The notes under the pieces are model-generated. The model saw nothing but the letters and a program-made list of their open reading frames with translations, was not told where the DNA came from and ran no database searches. The position numbers were made by a program, and so were the translations under genes. A DNA stretch of 64,000 nt from Nitrososphaeraceae archaeon. GTDB taxonomy: Archaea; Thermoproteota; Nitrososphaeria; Nitrososphaerales; Nitrososphaeraceae. Of this stretch, positions 1-12,546 are shown piece by piece. The stretch is taken from assembly GCA_031316115.1 (NCBI GenBank), contig JALDRC010000011.1:4978-68977 (forward strand), in the 5' to 3' direction. Every line of letters starts with the position of its first letter. The stretch's first letter is position 1.

Positions 1-383
1 TCAAGATTCATCTCTTTTGGTGAAGCAAATACCATGTTCATCATAAATTTACTTTCCTTTCCCTTCCAGTCTTTTGGAAGGTCGATTTGATATCCTATAT
101 CAGAATCTATATAGGTACCACTTACATCTTGAAAAAATAAATTAGGCATTGCAAAATCTGTTAAATTGTCAAATTCTGAAAAATTAGTAAAATTTTGTTC
201 TGACATAAGTTCATTAAAAGAAGAGTTATAGTCGGAAGGTATTTCAAAATTAGGTAATGATATTTCTGAGGAGTTGCTTAATTGAGTTTGTCCATAAACA
301 TAATGTGTACCTGAGGTTATTGCTACTATAGATGTTAGTATAATAATGACAAATTTGATATAAATCTGTAACTTTGAAATCAA
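1..383 (-). CDS. Secreted protein, 5' part only (runs off the window start); possibly PsbP-like surface protein
   Basis: Manual translation from TTG at 383: LISKLQIYIKFVIIILTSIVAITSGTHYVYGQ... (signal-peptide-like), open to position 1, includes YQIDLPKDWKG. Confidence 0.6.
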   Translation of the reverse strand, partial: MISKLQIYIKFVIIILTSIVAITSGTHYVYGQTQLSNSSEISLPNFEIPSDYNSSFNELMSEQNFTNFSEFDNLTDFAMPNLFFQDVSGTYIDSDIGYQIDLPKDWKGKESKFMMNMVFASPKEMNL

Positions 384-879
384 TTATAACATCTTTTACT
401 ATTATATTGCTATTAGATAGTCCTTTTGATTTTTTAAATTATTTATCTAATTATTCTGATAAAATGGAAAACAAAATTAAGTGAATCTTGGTATTAGTAA
501 AGTACAATACTAATAATTCATAAATCAGAAGGAAATTTATCTCAATTTTTAAAATAATTCTAAGTTCCAATAATAAAAACTAAATACAAGATAGTAGTAT
601 ATCAATAGTAGTAGAGTTTTATTTTAGAACCGCTATAGGTATTACTCCCGACGCTTAATACCATCTGAAATGTATCTTATAAAAGGAAGATTAAATAATC
701 ATAATGGTAACAAGAATGTCAAGCAGATAAAAAGTGTTACCCATGTAGGTAAGTGAACCTGTTACCTGTGTGTGGAAGTAACAACAGTTAGTAATTTAGC
801 AAATAATTCCAAAGGTAAAAGTAGAAAGGCGGGGAGACTGTGTAAAGTGTTCACAAACTACTAAAAATAATGAAGATGG

Positions 880-1289
880 TTGTAGAGCAAAAAATGAAAC
901 CAGCAAGCGTGAATTTCCCCTTGGGAATAAAATAGGAGTATCATCAAGTTATTACAAACATCCTCTAAAAAGACATACTTCCAGACTATCTTAACGTATT
1001 GATGATCTGACAATAAATGAAGAATTTTATCTATAAAAAAAGGTTGAAAATTATAATAGAGAGACCAGGATAACGATTACATTATTAAGGATAAACTTCC
1101 TGAGAAGACCAACAGATAAAAGAAATGCAGACTAGAATAGAAAGTTATGAAAAATCTAATCATCTTAACGATCTGCTTTATGATAAATATGTTCAGGAAC
1201 TCATAAATTTAAGAAAGGAAATGGATGAAGTTTTACCAAGTATGTATAAAAAGAAAAAAAAAGAAACTGGAATACAGAAATCTAGATAG
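880..1289 (+). pseudogene. C-terminal remnant of a tyrosine recombinase/integrase (Nitrososphaera type)
   Basis: Across frameshifts reads MKPASVNFPLG / NKIGVSSSYYK / DYLN / IDDLTINEE / QDNDYIIKDKLPEK, resembling the H...YY catalytic tail and DLTINEE motif of thaumarchaeal integrases. Confidence 0.5.
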
Positions 1290-1387
1290 ATTATTAACAG
1301 AAGAGAAAGAGAAAGAGAAAGAATATAATTCTCTTTTGGTAGAATAAGAGAAAGGCAAATAATAAGTAAACTTACATTTATCTATTT

Positions 1388-1651
1388 ATGACACAGGATA
1401 AAGATTTGCATCGTGAGGAAGAATTGAACGAAAATATGTATAGTGATCATTTTGATGATATTTCTAATTTAAAACGTATTATATACGAATCACAGCAAAC
1501 CATTGATCAATCAAACGATGATATAATCAAGGAAGTATCAAGTAGAACCATTAAAACAGCAAAAAAATACCTACAAGACTTGGAGAACGAGACGGAGCAA
1601 GTAACTAAACAATATGAATGGACAAAAAGAAAACTAGAATCATTCAAATAA
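1388..1651 (+). CDS. Hypothetical small coiled-coil protein
   Basis: 87-aa ORF, charged helical composition. Confidence 0.5.
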   Translation: MTQDKDLHREEELNENMYSDHFDDISNLKRIIYESQQTIDQSNDDIIKEVSSRTIKTAKKYLQDLENETEQVTKQYEWTKRKLESFK

Positions 1652-1849
1652 TGGAGGCTGGGTCATAATGATTCTATTTTCATAACGAATAAAGCTAGTT
1701 TATTGTTGTAGATGTTTTGGTTAAACTAGATACAAACAAACAAACAAACAAGCAGCACAAAATAGTTCTGAATCCATTCTAATTAGCATTTTATATTTGA
1801 TCGGTATAATTCGTTGGTCAGATAATAATAAGAATAAATCCCGACTTGG

Positions 1850-2065
1850 AAGATCATATGTCTATTCTCCCACTGTTATTCTACTACTTCTTCTCTATAC
1901 TTCTTTCCCGAATCCTATACCCATGTTCTGCTTCTATGAAAATCTTCTACTGCCAGTGCAGGAATATAATTATCATATACTATATTTAACAAAAGCAACA
2001 TTCTTTCCTTTATATCTGCATTAGATCCTTTTCTATACAACTGCTCAAATCTTACCTTGAGAATC
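1850..2065 (-). pseudogene. IS630-like transposase N-terminal HTH remnant
   Basis: Manual translation LKVRFEQLYRKGSNADIKERMLLLLNIVYDNYIPALAVEDFHRSRTWV*; contains stops. Confidence 0.45.
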
Positions 2066-2519
2066 TTATTGTTCTCAACAAAAACTAAACGAATGGTTGT
2101 ATGCTTACCAAGTTAGCTAACTCGATTATTATCTAAAATGTATGACTATAATGTTAAATTAATGTCAGCATAATTATTTTAATCGGTATAGTATTGCTGT
2201 TGTCGTTATTGTTGTTTTTACTAACACTTTGCATCTGCCTAACCCCCTATTCTTTTAACGTTGTTAGGAGTAAAAAAGTCTCCATTACAAGATGTTCTCA
2301 TTTTTAATGGGTCGAGACCAGTATGAAACTATATACAACTATGGAACAGAAGATAATCTGTTATTTACTGTAAGTATCTTATCTGTTTTAAATGTTGGCT
2401 TAAGATATGATACTTAATTTTAGTAAATTATATAAAATATAAATATTATCTGAATTTATTCCTCAAAATAAGTTGATGCATAATGATTTTTGCAACTAAA
2501 TTATTTATAATAGATCTTG

Positions 2520-3770
2520 TTAATATTTTTTTATTTGAAAACAAGTAATAATTCCTCCGATGATGCCAAATAGAGCATAAAGAATTAAAAATATATGTCT
2601 ATAGTTTTGATCATAACCAAACGTACTTTCGGTAGAATTATACCAGCTCAATACTATAACAACACACGATATAACAAAAATAAATAGAGGAACAAATAGA
2701 ACTAAGGCTTTTATACTTTTTGTTCTATCCATAAATATAGGAAATATGTCCTCCGTATTGATGGTACTATTACTTTCCTCTTTTTCTAAAGTGGTAATAT
2801 GTTGATGGGGAATTTTATAATTTTTTAATAAAATCTTTCGTGTAGAATTAGCATCACTTAGTATTGATAAACAAAAAATAAATCCAGAAATCAAAAGTAA
2901 AGGAAAGATCAATATTACATGATCAAAACCTACGGTAAGTTTTCCAAGCGGACTTTCAAATTCGTTTAAAAGACTTTGGATATCATTTCTTTCTTCGTTT
3001 AAGTCAGTTAATTTTTGTTTTAATATCATAGTTTCTTGTTTTCTTTCATTAATTTCATTATTTATTTGACTTAACTTGATATTGATAGTATTAAATATGT
3101 TAATAACCTCTTCATTTAACCTGCTAAGTTCATGTTTAATCCTCTCATTAGAAGTATCAGAATCATTAGTAAGTAATAAATTTAAATTATATAACTTTAG
3201 TTGAATATTTTCGATAATTGAATTAAGGTTATTTTTAAGTTCATTATAATTTGAAGAATTAAGATTGTTGAGAGGAAATATTATTTGTTGATTTAATGTT
3301 TCATTAAGTATATTTTTCATATCGATAGACTTGTAATTTAGATTACAATTTATCCAATTCTTTGTATTGTTATTAACGACTTCACAATTCTTTTCAGTAA
3401 TAAAATCATGTGAAGTTATTGTATCATTATTTTTGTTGCTAATGTTCCTTAAATAATTATAAAATTGGCCAAATTCCGTTATAACAAAATCAAGTCTATT
3501 GTTGAAGGTTTTATTTCCAAGAGAAATTTTTGCACTTGTTTCATTTAATGTATTACGATCTGCTAATTTTTCTTTTAAATTTTTATTGTTAATATCTAAT
3601 TGTTTTGATAAATTTGTTTCTAATATTTGAATGTAAACATATGGAAATAACATAAAGAAAAAAACAAACAAAGAAATACCGATTAATATTGCAAAATATT
3701 TTTCAAAATTTTTTGATTTATTTTCATAAAGCTGAATTAATCGTTCTAAATCTTTTTGATCATCAGCCAT
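2520..3770 (-). CDS. Membrane protein with long coiled-coil extracellular region
   Basis: 416 aa; N-terminal TM, heptad-rich middle, three C-terminal TM segments. Confidence 0.75.
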   Translation of the reverse strand: MADDQKDLERLIQLYENKSKNFEKYFAILIGISLFVFFFMLFPYVYIQILETNLSKQLDINNKNLKEKLADRNTLNETSAKISLGNKTFNNRLDFVITEFGQFYNYLRNISNKNNDTITSHDFITEKNCEVVNNNTKNWINCNLNYKSIDMKNILNETLNQQIIFPLNNLNSSNYNELKNNLNSIIENIQLKLYNLNLLLTNDSDTSNERIKHELSRLNEEVINIFNTINIKLSQINNEINERKQETMILKQKLTDLNEERNDIQSLLNEFESPLGKLTVGFDHVILIFPLLLISGFIFCLSILSDANSTRKILLKNYKIPHQHITTLEKEESNSTINTEDIFPIFMDRTKSIKALVLFVPLFIFVISCVVIVLSWYNSTESTFGYDQNYRHIFLILYALFGIIGGIITCFQIKKY

Positions 3771-4059
3771 ATTATTAACTGATATAAGGTATATTTAAAC
3801 AAGGTTATGTGAATTATTAATTCCTTTTACTACTATAAAAAATACAAAAGCATTCTACTCCACACCCTAGTCAAAATATTAAATAGGATTTATCATAGTT
3901 TAGTTCCATTCATTTATGTCTACCGCTAATTCTTCTCCTAGCATATATGATATATAATTATAACAACCTTAACCATTCTCTACTATGCAATTTTTTGGAC
4001 TAATGTTAATACTGAATCTAAATCAAATATAAATATTCAATCAAACTGAGTGGCTATTT

Positions 4060-4680
4060 TTAATGTTTGTATTTACGTCTAATCACTATAGTTAGTGGAA
4101 CTATTACTAACCAAAAATATTGAGCAATATCCAAGTTAACAAATGATATAACTATTGATATTGTAAAAACAATGGGGATAGCTATAAGGTTTATCATGAT
4201 ACCTTTGATAAAAAAAGGATGCAAATTTTTATCAAGATAGTTATTTTTTGTAGCGTACCACCATATTAATGCAAGTAATAAACTTGTCATAATTACAATA
4301 AAATTATAGATAATATATGGAATTTGATATGTACCGTAATTTATTATGAGGGTAGTAGAGAGTGATAAAAGGGTTATTAATAAAAGAAATAACAAATTTA
4401 GATATACCAAAGTAATATGTGATCCCTTAATATGATTAAATACTTGATGATACGATATCCAGAATATTGCAATTATAGCAAAACTTATAATATAACTTTC
4501 AAATTGTGGATATAGATTATATAATCTGTCTAATAATTCGAATTGTGTTAAGTTAGTTGGAAAATCAGGTATATCTATGGATAAAGCCATAAGAGTTATT
4601 GCAAATGCAAATACCGCATCACTAAACGCTATTACATGTTCTTGTTTTATAGATGGAGTAAATGATCCTGTTGAAGGCAT
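4060..4680 (-). CDS. TMEM175-family potassium channel (DUF1211)
   Basis: FSDAVFAFAITLM signature, Y..SF..I..FW..H motif, 6 TM. Confidence 0.9.
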   Translation of the reverse strand: MPSTGSFTPSIKQEHVIAFSDAVFAFAITLMALSIDIPDFPTNLTQFELLDRLYNLYPQFESYIISFAIIAIFWISYHQVFNHIKGSHITLVYLNLLFLLLITLLSLSTTLIINYGTYQIPYIIYNFIVIMTSLLLALIWWYATKNNYLDKNLHPFFIKGIMINLIAIPIVFTISIVISFVNLDIAQYFWLVIVPLTIVIRRKYKH

Positions 4681-5351
4681 ATTTGAAATCTAGTGATGAT
4701 AAAAAAAACTCTTAAATATTTCTTGTGAATCAGATTATCAGTTTGTAAAAAGATAACGATTTCCCCGCTGTTGTTTTGATGGATAATGGTATTAAGATCG
4801 TGTTTGAAAGGTCGGTTAATTTAAGAACCGCAATTAAGTAAATAACCACATATGAATATAACGAAAGAACCTCTATATTTAGACGGTAAGGTATAAATTT
4901 TCAAATTATAATGAAGTATTTGTTACTGACACTAATATAATTATAGTTAAAGATGTAAACGACATTTGATAAATGAAAGGTTTAGTCTTAACCCATAATT
5001 CCAATTATATTATTGTGTCTTGAAATAACTTTATAAGATAGACCAATGACCACCATTCATATATTCAAATCTCATTCAATCCATTTTTAATAAATTACAA
5101 TAATTTAAATGAAAAATTCAATCATTTAGATAATCAATAGTTTATCAAATTTACATATTATCTTTATCTAAATATATTGTAAAAATATAGACTCCAAATA
5201 ACGACTTTGAGTTCGAGTTCCTTCTTCCCGCTGAACTTGTAATCAAAATATTATGAAGCACACGACCTAAAATCACATCTTTCATTTTGTAATTATTATA
5301 ATTTTTTTATTGTTATTGTAGTGTTATATAGGATTTTGAACAATATAAAAT

Positions 5352-5603
5352 ATGTCAAATGATATTCCTCTAAATGAATCTAATATACAAGATATTATAA
5401 AAAAAGAAGCAAGAGGGCTTGGCGATGATAGTGATTTTGGTGAAGTTCAAGAGGTTTTAGGAGAACACGTGATAACTAAAAAAGGAACGGTAGGCTCAGA
5501 CAGATTCTACTTTCCTAAAAATCTAATCGAAAGATTTGATGGTAATACTGTATACTTTAAGATAACCAAAGATGAATCAAAAGAATATAAAAGAGATTAT
5601 TGA
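5352..5603 (+). CDS. Conserved small hypothetical protein (PRC-barrel-like, Nitrososphaeraceae family)
   Basis: 83 aa, KKEARGLGDDSDFGEVQEV...FYFPK...FDG pattern. Confidence 0.7.
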   Translation: MSNDIPLNESNIQDIIKKEARGLGDDSDFGEVQEVLGEHVITKKGTVGSDRFYFPKNLIERFDGNTVYFKITKDESKEYKRDY

Positions 5604-5849
5604 TTAATTGTTATCCAAAACAAAATACATAATACTGTTTAGTATGTATCCGTAAATATTTAACTAGTAATCTATAAATCAGACTTTGAATTATCCTGTT
5701 TCATCTGGTTTCATTTCAAAATTTTTATTTTTTAATAAATTAAATCTATCTATATCTAGATATAAATATAGAACTTAATTTGTAATGAAATAATCAATAA
5801 TTTGATATTATCCAAATCAAGGGATATTATATGATTTGTATCATACTTA

Positions 5850-6446
5850 AAATAATGATTTGTATTATTCTCTACTATTTTTATCTTCTGGATAAGCCTC
5901 TTCGGCAATTTCTCTATTGGTTCTCCTGTAGGTAATGGGGTGTCTCTATTGACTTTTATATTTTGATAATTCTGGAAAATTTTTTCCAATTATGACATTC
6001 ATTCCAACTGCGATTATTTCAGATTTAGGAATATCGTATCTATCATTAGAATATCCAAAAACGATTATCTTATCATGAGTTTCTTTTACGACATAACCTA
6101 AATCATCTTCATTCTCCGCGCGTACACCCTTTGTTAAAAAGGGATTTAGGATATTTGCCTTCATAAGTTGCTAGATCAACTTGATTATCATTATCTTCCC
6201 ATGGATCCGTTCTACTTGTTGGTAAGGATCATCTCGTTTTGCGGCATATCTATTTTCTACATCTGAAAATTGAAGACCAATAAGAACATTTGCACCTACT
6301 TGTTGAATATCAGATATTGGTATATCATATCTTTTTCCTTTTCCGCCAAAAACAATTATCTTATCAGGGGTTTCTCTCACAACATATCCAATATCAGGAT
6401 TATCTAAAGTTTTAACTCCTCTGTTAAAATATTTACCTGAAACCAT
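5850..6446 (-). pseudogene. Two-domain tandem-repeat protein split by at least three 1-nt indels
   Basis: ORFs 6171-6446, 5946-6164 and 5756-5989 join into one protein with two copies of (F)NRGV/NKGV...GYVV.ET.DKIIVFG....RYDIP.S.I..VG.NV.IG. Confidence 0.75.
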
Positions 6447-6769
6447 ATTTTATATATGGTATTTGTGTCTTAAAAAAATTTCGGAAAATAATGATTTTAC
6501 TATTTCTAAATAATGAAATGACCTAAAAACCAAAAAAATAGTATTTTAATAGAATTAGAAATTTAATATTCTTAGTAACTGCTATTTTTAATTAATTAAA
6601 ACCATTCACCTAACGTTGTATCGATAAAACTATCTCTTTTCATTTAAATGATGCAACTTTATCAAGTTAAATTATTTATCATCCACTTTCTATGAAAAAG
6701 ACATTGATATTGAACTTAAAAAATAAAAAGAAAAGGTAATTATTTTTGTATTTTTGTATTTTTGTTTCC

Positions 6770-7287
6770 TTATTTTATTTTTATTTTAGTTTCCTCAACA
6801 GATGTTGGTTTTGTTTCGGTAGCTCTATTTTCAAAATACCATTTTCTACTGTGGCATCTACCTTAGCAGGTATAATATTTTCTGTAAATGGAATTTTTCT
6901 TGAAAACGATTTATAGCTTCTTTCTCTAAGAACGTAGTTTTCTTCTTCCTTTTCATTTTTTTTTTCATCTATGCCAGAAATTGAGAGATATTCTTCTGTT
7001 GCTTTAAGTTCTATCTTGTCCTTTTGTATGCCAGGTACCTCCAATGAAATTATGTATTTATCTCCATTATCTACAATATCACATAACGGAACACGTGTTT
7101 CAATAAAATCCATACCTGGTGTCATTCCATATGTTTTTAAAGGATTCATAAAAGGAGCAAAAAAAGCATCTTCTATATCGTGTCTAAATGTATCAAAGAG
7201 TTCATCAAATGGTCTACGTATCATTACTTGTCTTTTTTGGTCATCTTTATTTTTTGGTGTTATTTGAGAGGATGACATTTTGTTCAT
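6770..7287 (-). CDS. hsp20: Small heat shock protein Hsp20/alpha-crystallin (C-terminal frameshift in this sequence)
   Basis: Alpha-crystallin domain (LEVPGIQKDKI...ATVENGILKIELPK); the alternative frame gives the tail TKPTSVEETKIKIK* ending at 6770. Confidence 0.92.
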
Positions 7288-7423
7288 TATTTAATAATCA
7301 AAATAGATATTTATATCTTACTCACATAATGTGTTTATTTAAAAAAGTTTAATACCAAATTTTTTTAGTAAAATTTATAAATTCTCAATTATATATGTTG
7401 GTAACAAGAGGTGTGTATGTGTA

Positions 7424-9088
7424 ATGTCATCTCAAGTTCCAGTTTTATTATTGAAAGAAGGAAGCACTGAAACTAAAGATAAAGATGCACAAAGAAACAA
7501 TATTACAGCAGCCAAACTAGCTGCAGAAATAATCAAATCTAGTTTGGGTCCACGCGGTATGGATAAAATGCTAGTTGATTCAATAGGAGATGTAACTATC
7601 ACAAACGATGGAGCTACTATTCTTAAGGAAATAGATGTACAACATCCTGCTGCCAAAATGATGGTAGAAATTACAAAGACTGTAGATAATGAAGTTGGAG
7701 ATGGTACTACGTCAGTAGTTGTCTTTGCAGGATCATTGTTAGAGAAGGCGGAAGAATTTATAGCCAGAAAAGTTCATCCTACTGTAATAGTAGATGGTTA
7801 TCGAAAAACTGCAGTAAAAGCAATTGAAGTATTAAAACATGTTGCTGAAAAAATAGAACCTACCGATAAAGATGATTTGAAAAAAATTGCGGTTACATCT
7901 ATGGCATCCAAACTTACATCAAATAATTCTCCAGAACTTTCAGATGTAATTATAAATGCAATATTGTCTGTTGTAGAAAAATCTGATAATACACCATTGA
8001 AAGTTGATATTGAAAACATCAAAGTAGAAAAGAAAGCTGGTAGTTCGATTAGAGATACCAAATTGATCAATGGAATCATATTAGACAAGGAAGTAGTTCA
8101 TGGAGGAATGCCAAAAAGAATTGAAAATGCTAAAATTGCTCTACTTAATTGTCCTTTAGAAATTGAAAAGACTGAATTTGATGCAAAAATAAATATTAAC
8201 AATCCAGAACAAATTCAGAAATTCATAGATGAAAAAAATACGATGTTAAAGGGAATGGTTGAGAAAATTTCAGAAACAGAAGCTAATGTTGTTCTATGCC
8301 AAAAAGGGATTGGTGAAATGGCACAACATTATTTGGCAAAATCAGGAATCTTATCAGTAAGACGAATCAAGGAAAGCGATATGTACAAATTATCAAAAGC
8401 AACTGGAGGTAAACTGATAAACAATCTTAATGATCTAACCAAAGAAGATCTAGGATATGCCAATCTAGTTGAAGAAAGAACAATTGAAACTGATAAATGG
8501 GTATTTGTAGAAGAATGTAAAAACCCTAAATCTGTAACTATTCTGGTAAGAGGAGGATCACAAAGAATCGTAGATGAGGTAGAAAGATCAATGCATGATG
8601 GACTTATGACTCTAAAAGATGTTATTGAATACCCATATATCATTGCTGGAGCTGGTGCCCCTGAGATATTCGTTTCATATAAACTAAGGGAATGGTCTAA
8701 CACATTAAATGGTAGAGAGCAATTATCTGCAGAGAAATTCATTCAAGCACTTGAATCTATTCCATTAACCTTAGCACAAAATGCAGGTATGGATCCTATT
8801 GATAGTCAAGTTCAACTAAGATCTAAAGTTTCAACAAGTAATAAACCAAAATATGGAGTAGATGTGATAAATGCAAAGATATCTGATGTATATGTAAAAG
8901 GAATATTTGAACCACTTGCAGTAAAAGAACAGGTTATCAATGCGGCTACAGAAGCTTGCTCGATGATACTTCATATTGATGATGTAATTGCTGCGGGGGC
9001 ATCTAAGGTACCTTCAGGTCCTTTCCATGGTGGTGGTGTAGGAGGAGGCATGGGTCCAGGAATGCATGGAGGAATGCCTGAGATGTGA
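7424..9088 (+). CDS. ths: Thermosome subunit (group II chaperonin)
   Basis: [26 protein letters not shown] motifs, Gly/Met-rich tail. Confidence 0.97.
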   Translation: MSSQVPVLLLKEGSTETKDKDAQRNNITAAKLAAEIIKSSLGPRGMDKMLVDSIGDVTITNDGATILKEIDVQHPAAKMMVEITKTVDNEVGDGTTSVVVFAGSLLEKAEEFIARKVHPTVIVDGYRKTAVKAIEVLKHVAEKIEPTDKDDLKKIAVTSMASKLTSNNSPELSDVIINAILSVVEKSDNTPLKVDIENIKVEKKAGSSIRDTKLINGIILDKEVVHGGMPKRIENAKIALLNCPLEIEKTEFDAKININNPEQIQKFIDEKNTMLKGMVEKISETEANVVLCQKGIGEMAQHYLAKSGILSVRRIKESDMYKLSKATGGKLINNLNDLTKEDLGYANLVEERTIETDKWVFVEECKNPKSVTILVRGGSQRIVDEVERSMHDGLMTLKDVIEYPYIIAGAGAPEIFVSYKLREWSNTLNGREQLSAEKFIQALESIPLTLAQNAGMDPIDSQVQLRSKVSTSNKPKYGVDVINAKISDVYVKGIFEPLAVKEQVINAATEACSMILHIDDVIAAGASKVPSGPFHGGGVGGGMGPGMHGGMPEM

Positions 9089-9625
9089 TAATATGTAATA
9101 ATAAATTTATTTTTTTAAATTTATTCTTGTGGACCGAATTATATTGATCATGTATTTTCAGTATTAGCTGACTAATTTATTATTTCATAATTATAAATGG
9201 AAATAAAGCTATCTTCTTATGTTTCCATAATTAAAAACAATTTTGTATATCTTTTTACAAAACTTTATCATTACAAAAAAGAAAAAAGATTTTTGTTAAA
9301 ATAGCAAATAGCAAATATTACATTATCTTAACAAAATCTGTAATTATATTAATTTTTATTATACTTGGATCTTGGATGTATGGAAAATATTTACTAATAG
9401 TTAAATCTAGTAAAAGTATTTACTAATCATCAATAACTCTTGTATGGCCTATATAACGGAAATACATAATTGTATCACATTCTTTTAAAACTAGTTTTGA
9501 GAAACAATAAAGTGTGAAATTTCATCAATACCTAGAATTTGGTTTTATATATCAGGAATAAACATAATCAAACTAATTTAGTATCTAATTTTCATATGAT
9601 CAATTCGCAGAGAGTGAAATAAAAC

Positions 9626-10651
9626 ATGAAAAATATAATTTTGTTGTTATCTATTTTTCTGGTCATGTCTACTACATTAATCCTTACATCGGGTACAGTA
9701 ATTTACGCGGAAGTACCTTCTAATGACACAAGTATAAAAAAAACTAATCTCAATATCGCAGTTGCAGCGGATTGGGGTTGTAATGATGATGCTAAAAGAA
9801 CATCAGAAAATATTCAAGACAAGAATCCAGATCTGGTAATTGCAGCAGGAGATTTAAGTTACAAAGGGCAAGTTAGTTGTTGGGAAAATATTATTTCTCC
9901 ATTTGAATCAAAATTAAAGATAGCCCTGGGTGACCACGAATATTCAGATACTAAAGGAGGTAAAACAGGTGTAATTAATGAGTATTTGAAGCCACTAGAT
10001 TTGTCAACAACATATTACTCTTTTGATAAGAATAATGCTCATTTTCTTGTTATAGATCCATATGTTGATTTTGGACCTGGCTCCTCTCAATATCAATTCA
10101 TTGACAATGATTTAAAAACTTCCTCAAAAAATCCAAATATAGATTGGACATTAGTTGTAGAACACATCCCAATGTATACTTCACCTTCTAAACATCCTGC
10201 CAATTCTACAATAAGAGATATTTATCATCCACTTTTTGATAAATATGGCGTAGATTTGGTTTTTAGTGGAGATAACCACAACTATCAAAGGACATTTCCA
10301 TTAAAATATAATAGTGCTGGAACAGATAGCTCTAATCCTAAGATATCAAATAAAGATTCAAACAACTATCGTTCTGATAGCGGCGTCATTTACATGATAA
10401 CCGGGACTGCAGGAAGATCCCATTATTCAATAAAACAACAAGCACCTTTTGTGGCAAAACAAGATGATAAAAATTTTGGAGTTTTGAATATTGATATTAA
10501 TGACAAGAATCTGCAAGGTGTTTTCTTTGCAAATCCTAAAGAAACTGGATTTCAAACTATATCTAGTAAAAATAATATCATAGATCACTTTACCATTTCA
10601 AAGGAGAAAGGACAAAATACTATCGATATCAAAAACTTGGGACAGTTCTAA
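9626..10651 (+). CDS. Secreted metallophosphoesterase (purple acid phosphatase-like)
   Basis: Signal peptide; ADWG, GDLSY, GDHE, H, GDNHNY motifs. Confidence 0.9.
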   Translation: MKNIILLLSIFLVMSTTLILTSGTVIYAEVPSNDTSIKKTNLNIAVAADWGCNDDAKRTSENIQDKNPDLVIAAGDLSYKGQVSCWENIISPFESKLKIALGDHEYSDTKGGKTGVINEYLKPLDLSTTYYSFDKNNAHFLVIDPYVDFGPGSSQYQFIDNDLKTSSKNPNIDWTLVVEHIPMYTSPSKHPANSTIRDIYHPLFDKYGVDLVFSGDNHNYQRTFPLKYNSAGTDSSNPKISNKDSNNYRSDSGVIYMITGTAGRSHYSIKQQAPFVAKQDDKNFGVLNIDINDKNLQGVFFANPKETGFQTISSKNNIIDHFTISKEKGQNTIDIKNLGQF

Positions 10652-11039
10652 ATTTCGATCTTGATATAAAAATTATTTAATGATTGCAGATATTGAATAT
10701 TAATATAAAGCCTACAAATAACTCTAATTCAAAACCCTATTAAATATACTTAATGAAACAATACCCCGTATTTTTCGCTCTTTTACTCTCTCTTTTATAA
10801 GCAATCCATTTAACAATCGATGATATTTTTTGTTCAATAGTTATCTAATCTGTTGCATGATAATAGAGTAATGATAGGTGTAATATCTGAACAGCAGTTT
10901 AGATTAATTTTCATGAAAAAAAATTGCAAAGGGTTAAATTATCTCTGCTCGTCGATACCTATTACTGATTTATCTCCATCTGAAGTTTTTTTAAATTCCA
11001 ATCTTCATAATAATATGAATTATTGATTATAACCCATTC

Positions 11040-11440
11040 ATAACCAGATATTTCCTATATCAATTGTCACATGAGTATTAGCAAATTAATTTGGTATGAG
11101 GTTTTAAGTCGGATCTCTTTAATACATTGCTCACAAGTTTGATTTTCTAAAATAGTTATAAAAAAACGATACATAGTTGCAGATCCTTGCTTTAATCATC
11201 CTGCATTATAATTGATCACACTGTAACATGGAATTAAGATTGGTATGTTATTTTATTTACAGGAATAATGAGAATACAAATCTTAACAGGATAAATTGGC
11301 AGAATTTTATGAATCAAATGTTGAAAAGACTATTTATTTCATACCTCCATAAGGATATCAATAGACTCACTGATCCGAAAAAAGTAAAATCTGCCTTTAA
11401 AATCGATTTATTGTCTTTCTGATAATATGGTCAAGAGTTG
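11040..11440 (+). pseudogene. DDE transposase remnant, homologous to 16812-17117
   Basis: YIVADP upstream and MELRLVC...RNNENTNLNRI resembling MEFRLVYPVQRYKNTPLDRI. Confidence 0.45.
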
Positions 11441-11504
11441 AGTCATAGTTATATTGTCAATTTTGGTTTAAAGCGTAATTTTTATTATTGTCTTCCAATA
11501 ATTC

Positions 11505-12375
11505 TACCATATGCCTGCAAACAAATTGTGGCATGACTATGATGAATCTTTAATAGAACATGGGCCTGTTATAATAGATTTAGATCTCATCAAATTATCT
11601 AACCAAGATATCAAGAATATGAATAAAGACAAAGTGGGATACAGTTCTAGTATTCTGATAGTCACTCAGTTTTAGCATTCCTAAAGATTTGGTTCAAGAT
11701 TCAACACCATACTGTTTAGGGAATAGTAAGGGGATTATCAGGTTATTTAAGATTTGAATAGATATACTTTACACAAATCAGGAATTGAATTCTAAAAATA
11801 GAACCATCTGTTAGAGATCTAGATTTTGATGATGATTCTATAACACTTGTTGTTGATGTATCAGGTTTGACAATTCCAGAAAGGTGCTACATAAAAACAA
11901 ATGGTAATGTGAAAATAAGGAATTTGTAAAACTGCATATATCAGTAGATGAAAGTCCAAGAAAGTGGTATTATTTAGGAGAACTAAAGGAAATGTACATG
12001 ATACGAAAAAGTTTGGTCTTCTGGTAAAGTAAGCAGCCAGTAAATATGATATAGACAAAGTATACGGAGATAAAGCATATGATAACAGAAATAACTTTAA
12101 CATTACTTGACAGGACAAATGCAGAACAAGCAATAAAGATAAAATGCAGCAACCACAGCAAAAGATTATCAATTAAGAAGAGAAGAAGTACTATTCAGAA
12201 GGAAATTAGGAGATAGAGGATGGAAGATTTGAAAGATACAGGTAGAAGATGAATAGCTGAAATAGTATTCTCTCAATCAAAAGAGTATTTGGAAGGCACC
12301 TGTTATCAAATAAGTTTAACAGACAAAACAATTACAGTCTAAAGATGTTTTACAATAAATATGTAGTGTTGTAAA
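11505..12375 (+). pseudogene. IS5-family transposase, heavily frameshifted
   Basis: Fragments YDESLIE, MNKDKVG, TLVVDVSGLT, KLHI.VDEKSKKVV, DKVYGDKAYDNRNNFN, IAEIVFS..KRVFG across several frames. Confidence 0.75.
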
Positions 12376-12546
12376 CTCAACAAAAAGTATCAGATCACAT
12401 TGAAGAAAAAAATAGACAATTGTGGATGCTATAAAGAAATATTTACATAGTGTTGATGACTTTGTATTTCTTCTATACTTGTACTAGATAAATTTAATAT
12501 AATTTTATTATTAAATCTTTATAATGAATATAGATAGTTATGATTT

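Noticed and set aside
1733-1751. (CAAA)n microsatellite
   Set aside because: Short and intergenic, with no evident function.
5195-5275. Possible C/D-like sRNA (CTGA then ATGAAG)
   Set aside because: No convincing C box, terminal D box or closing stem.
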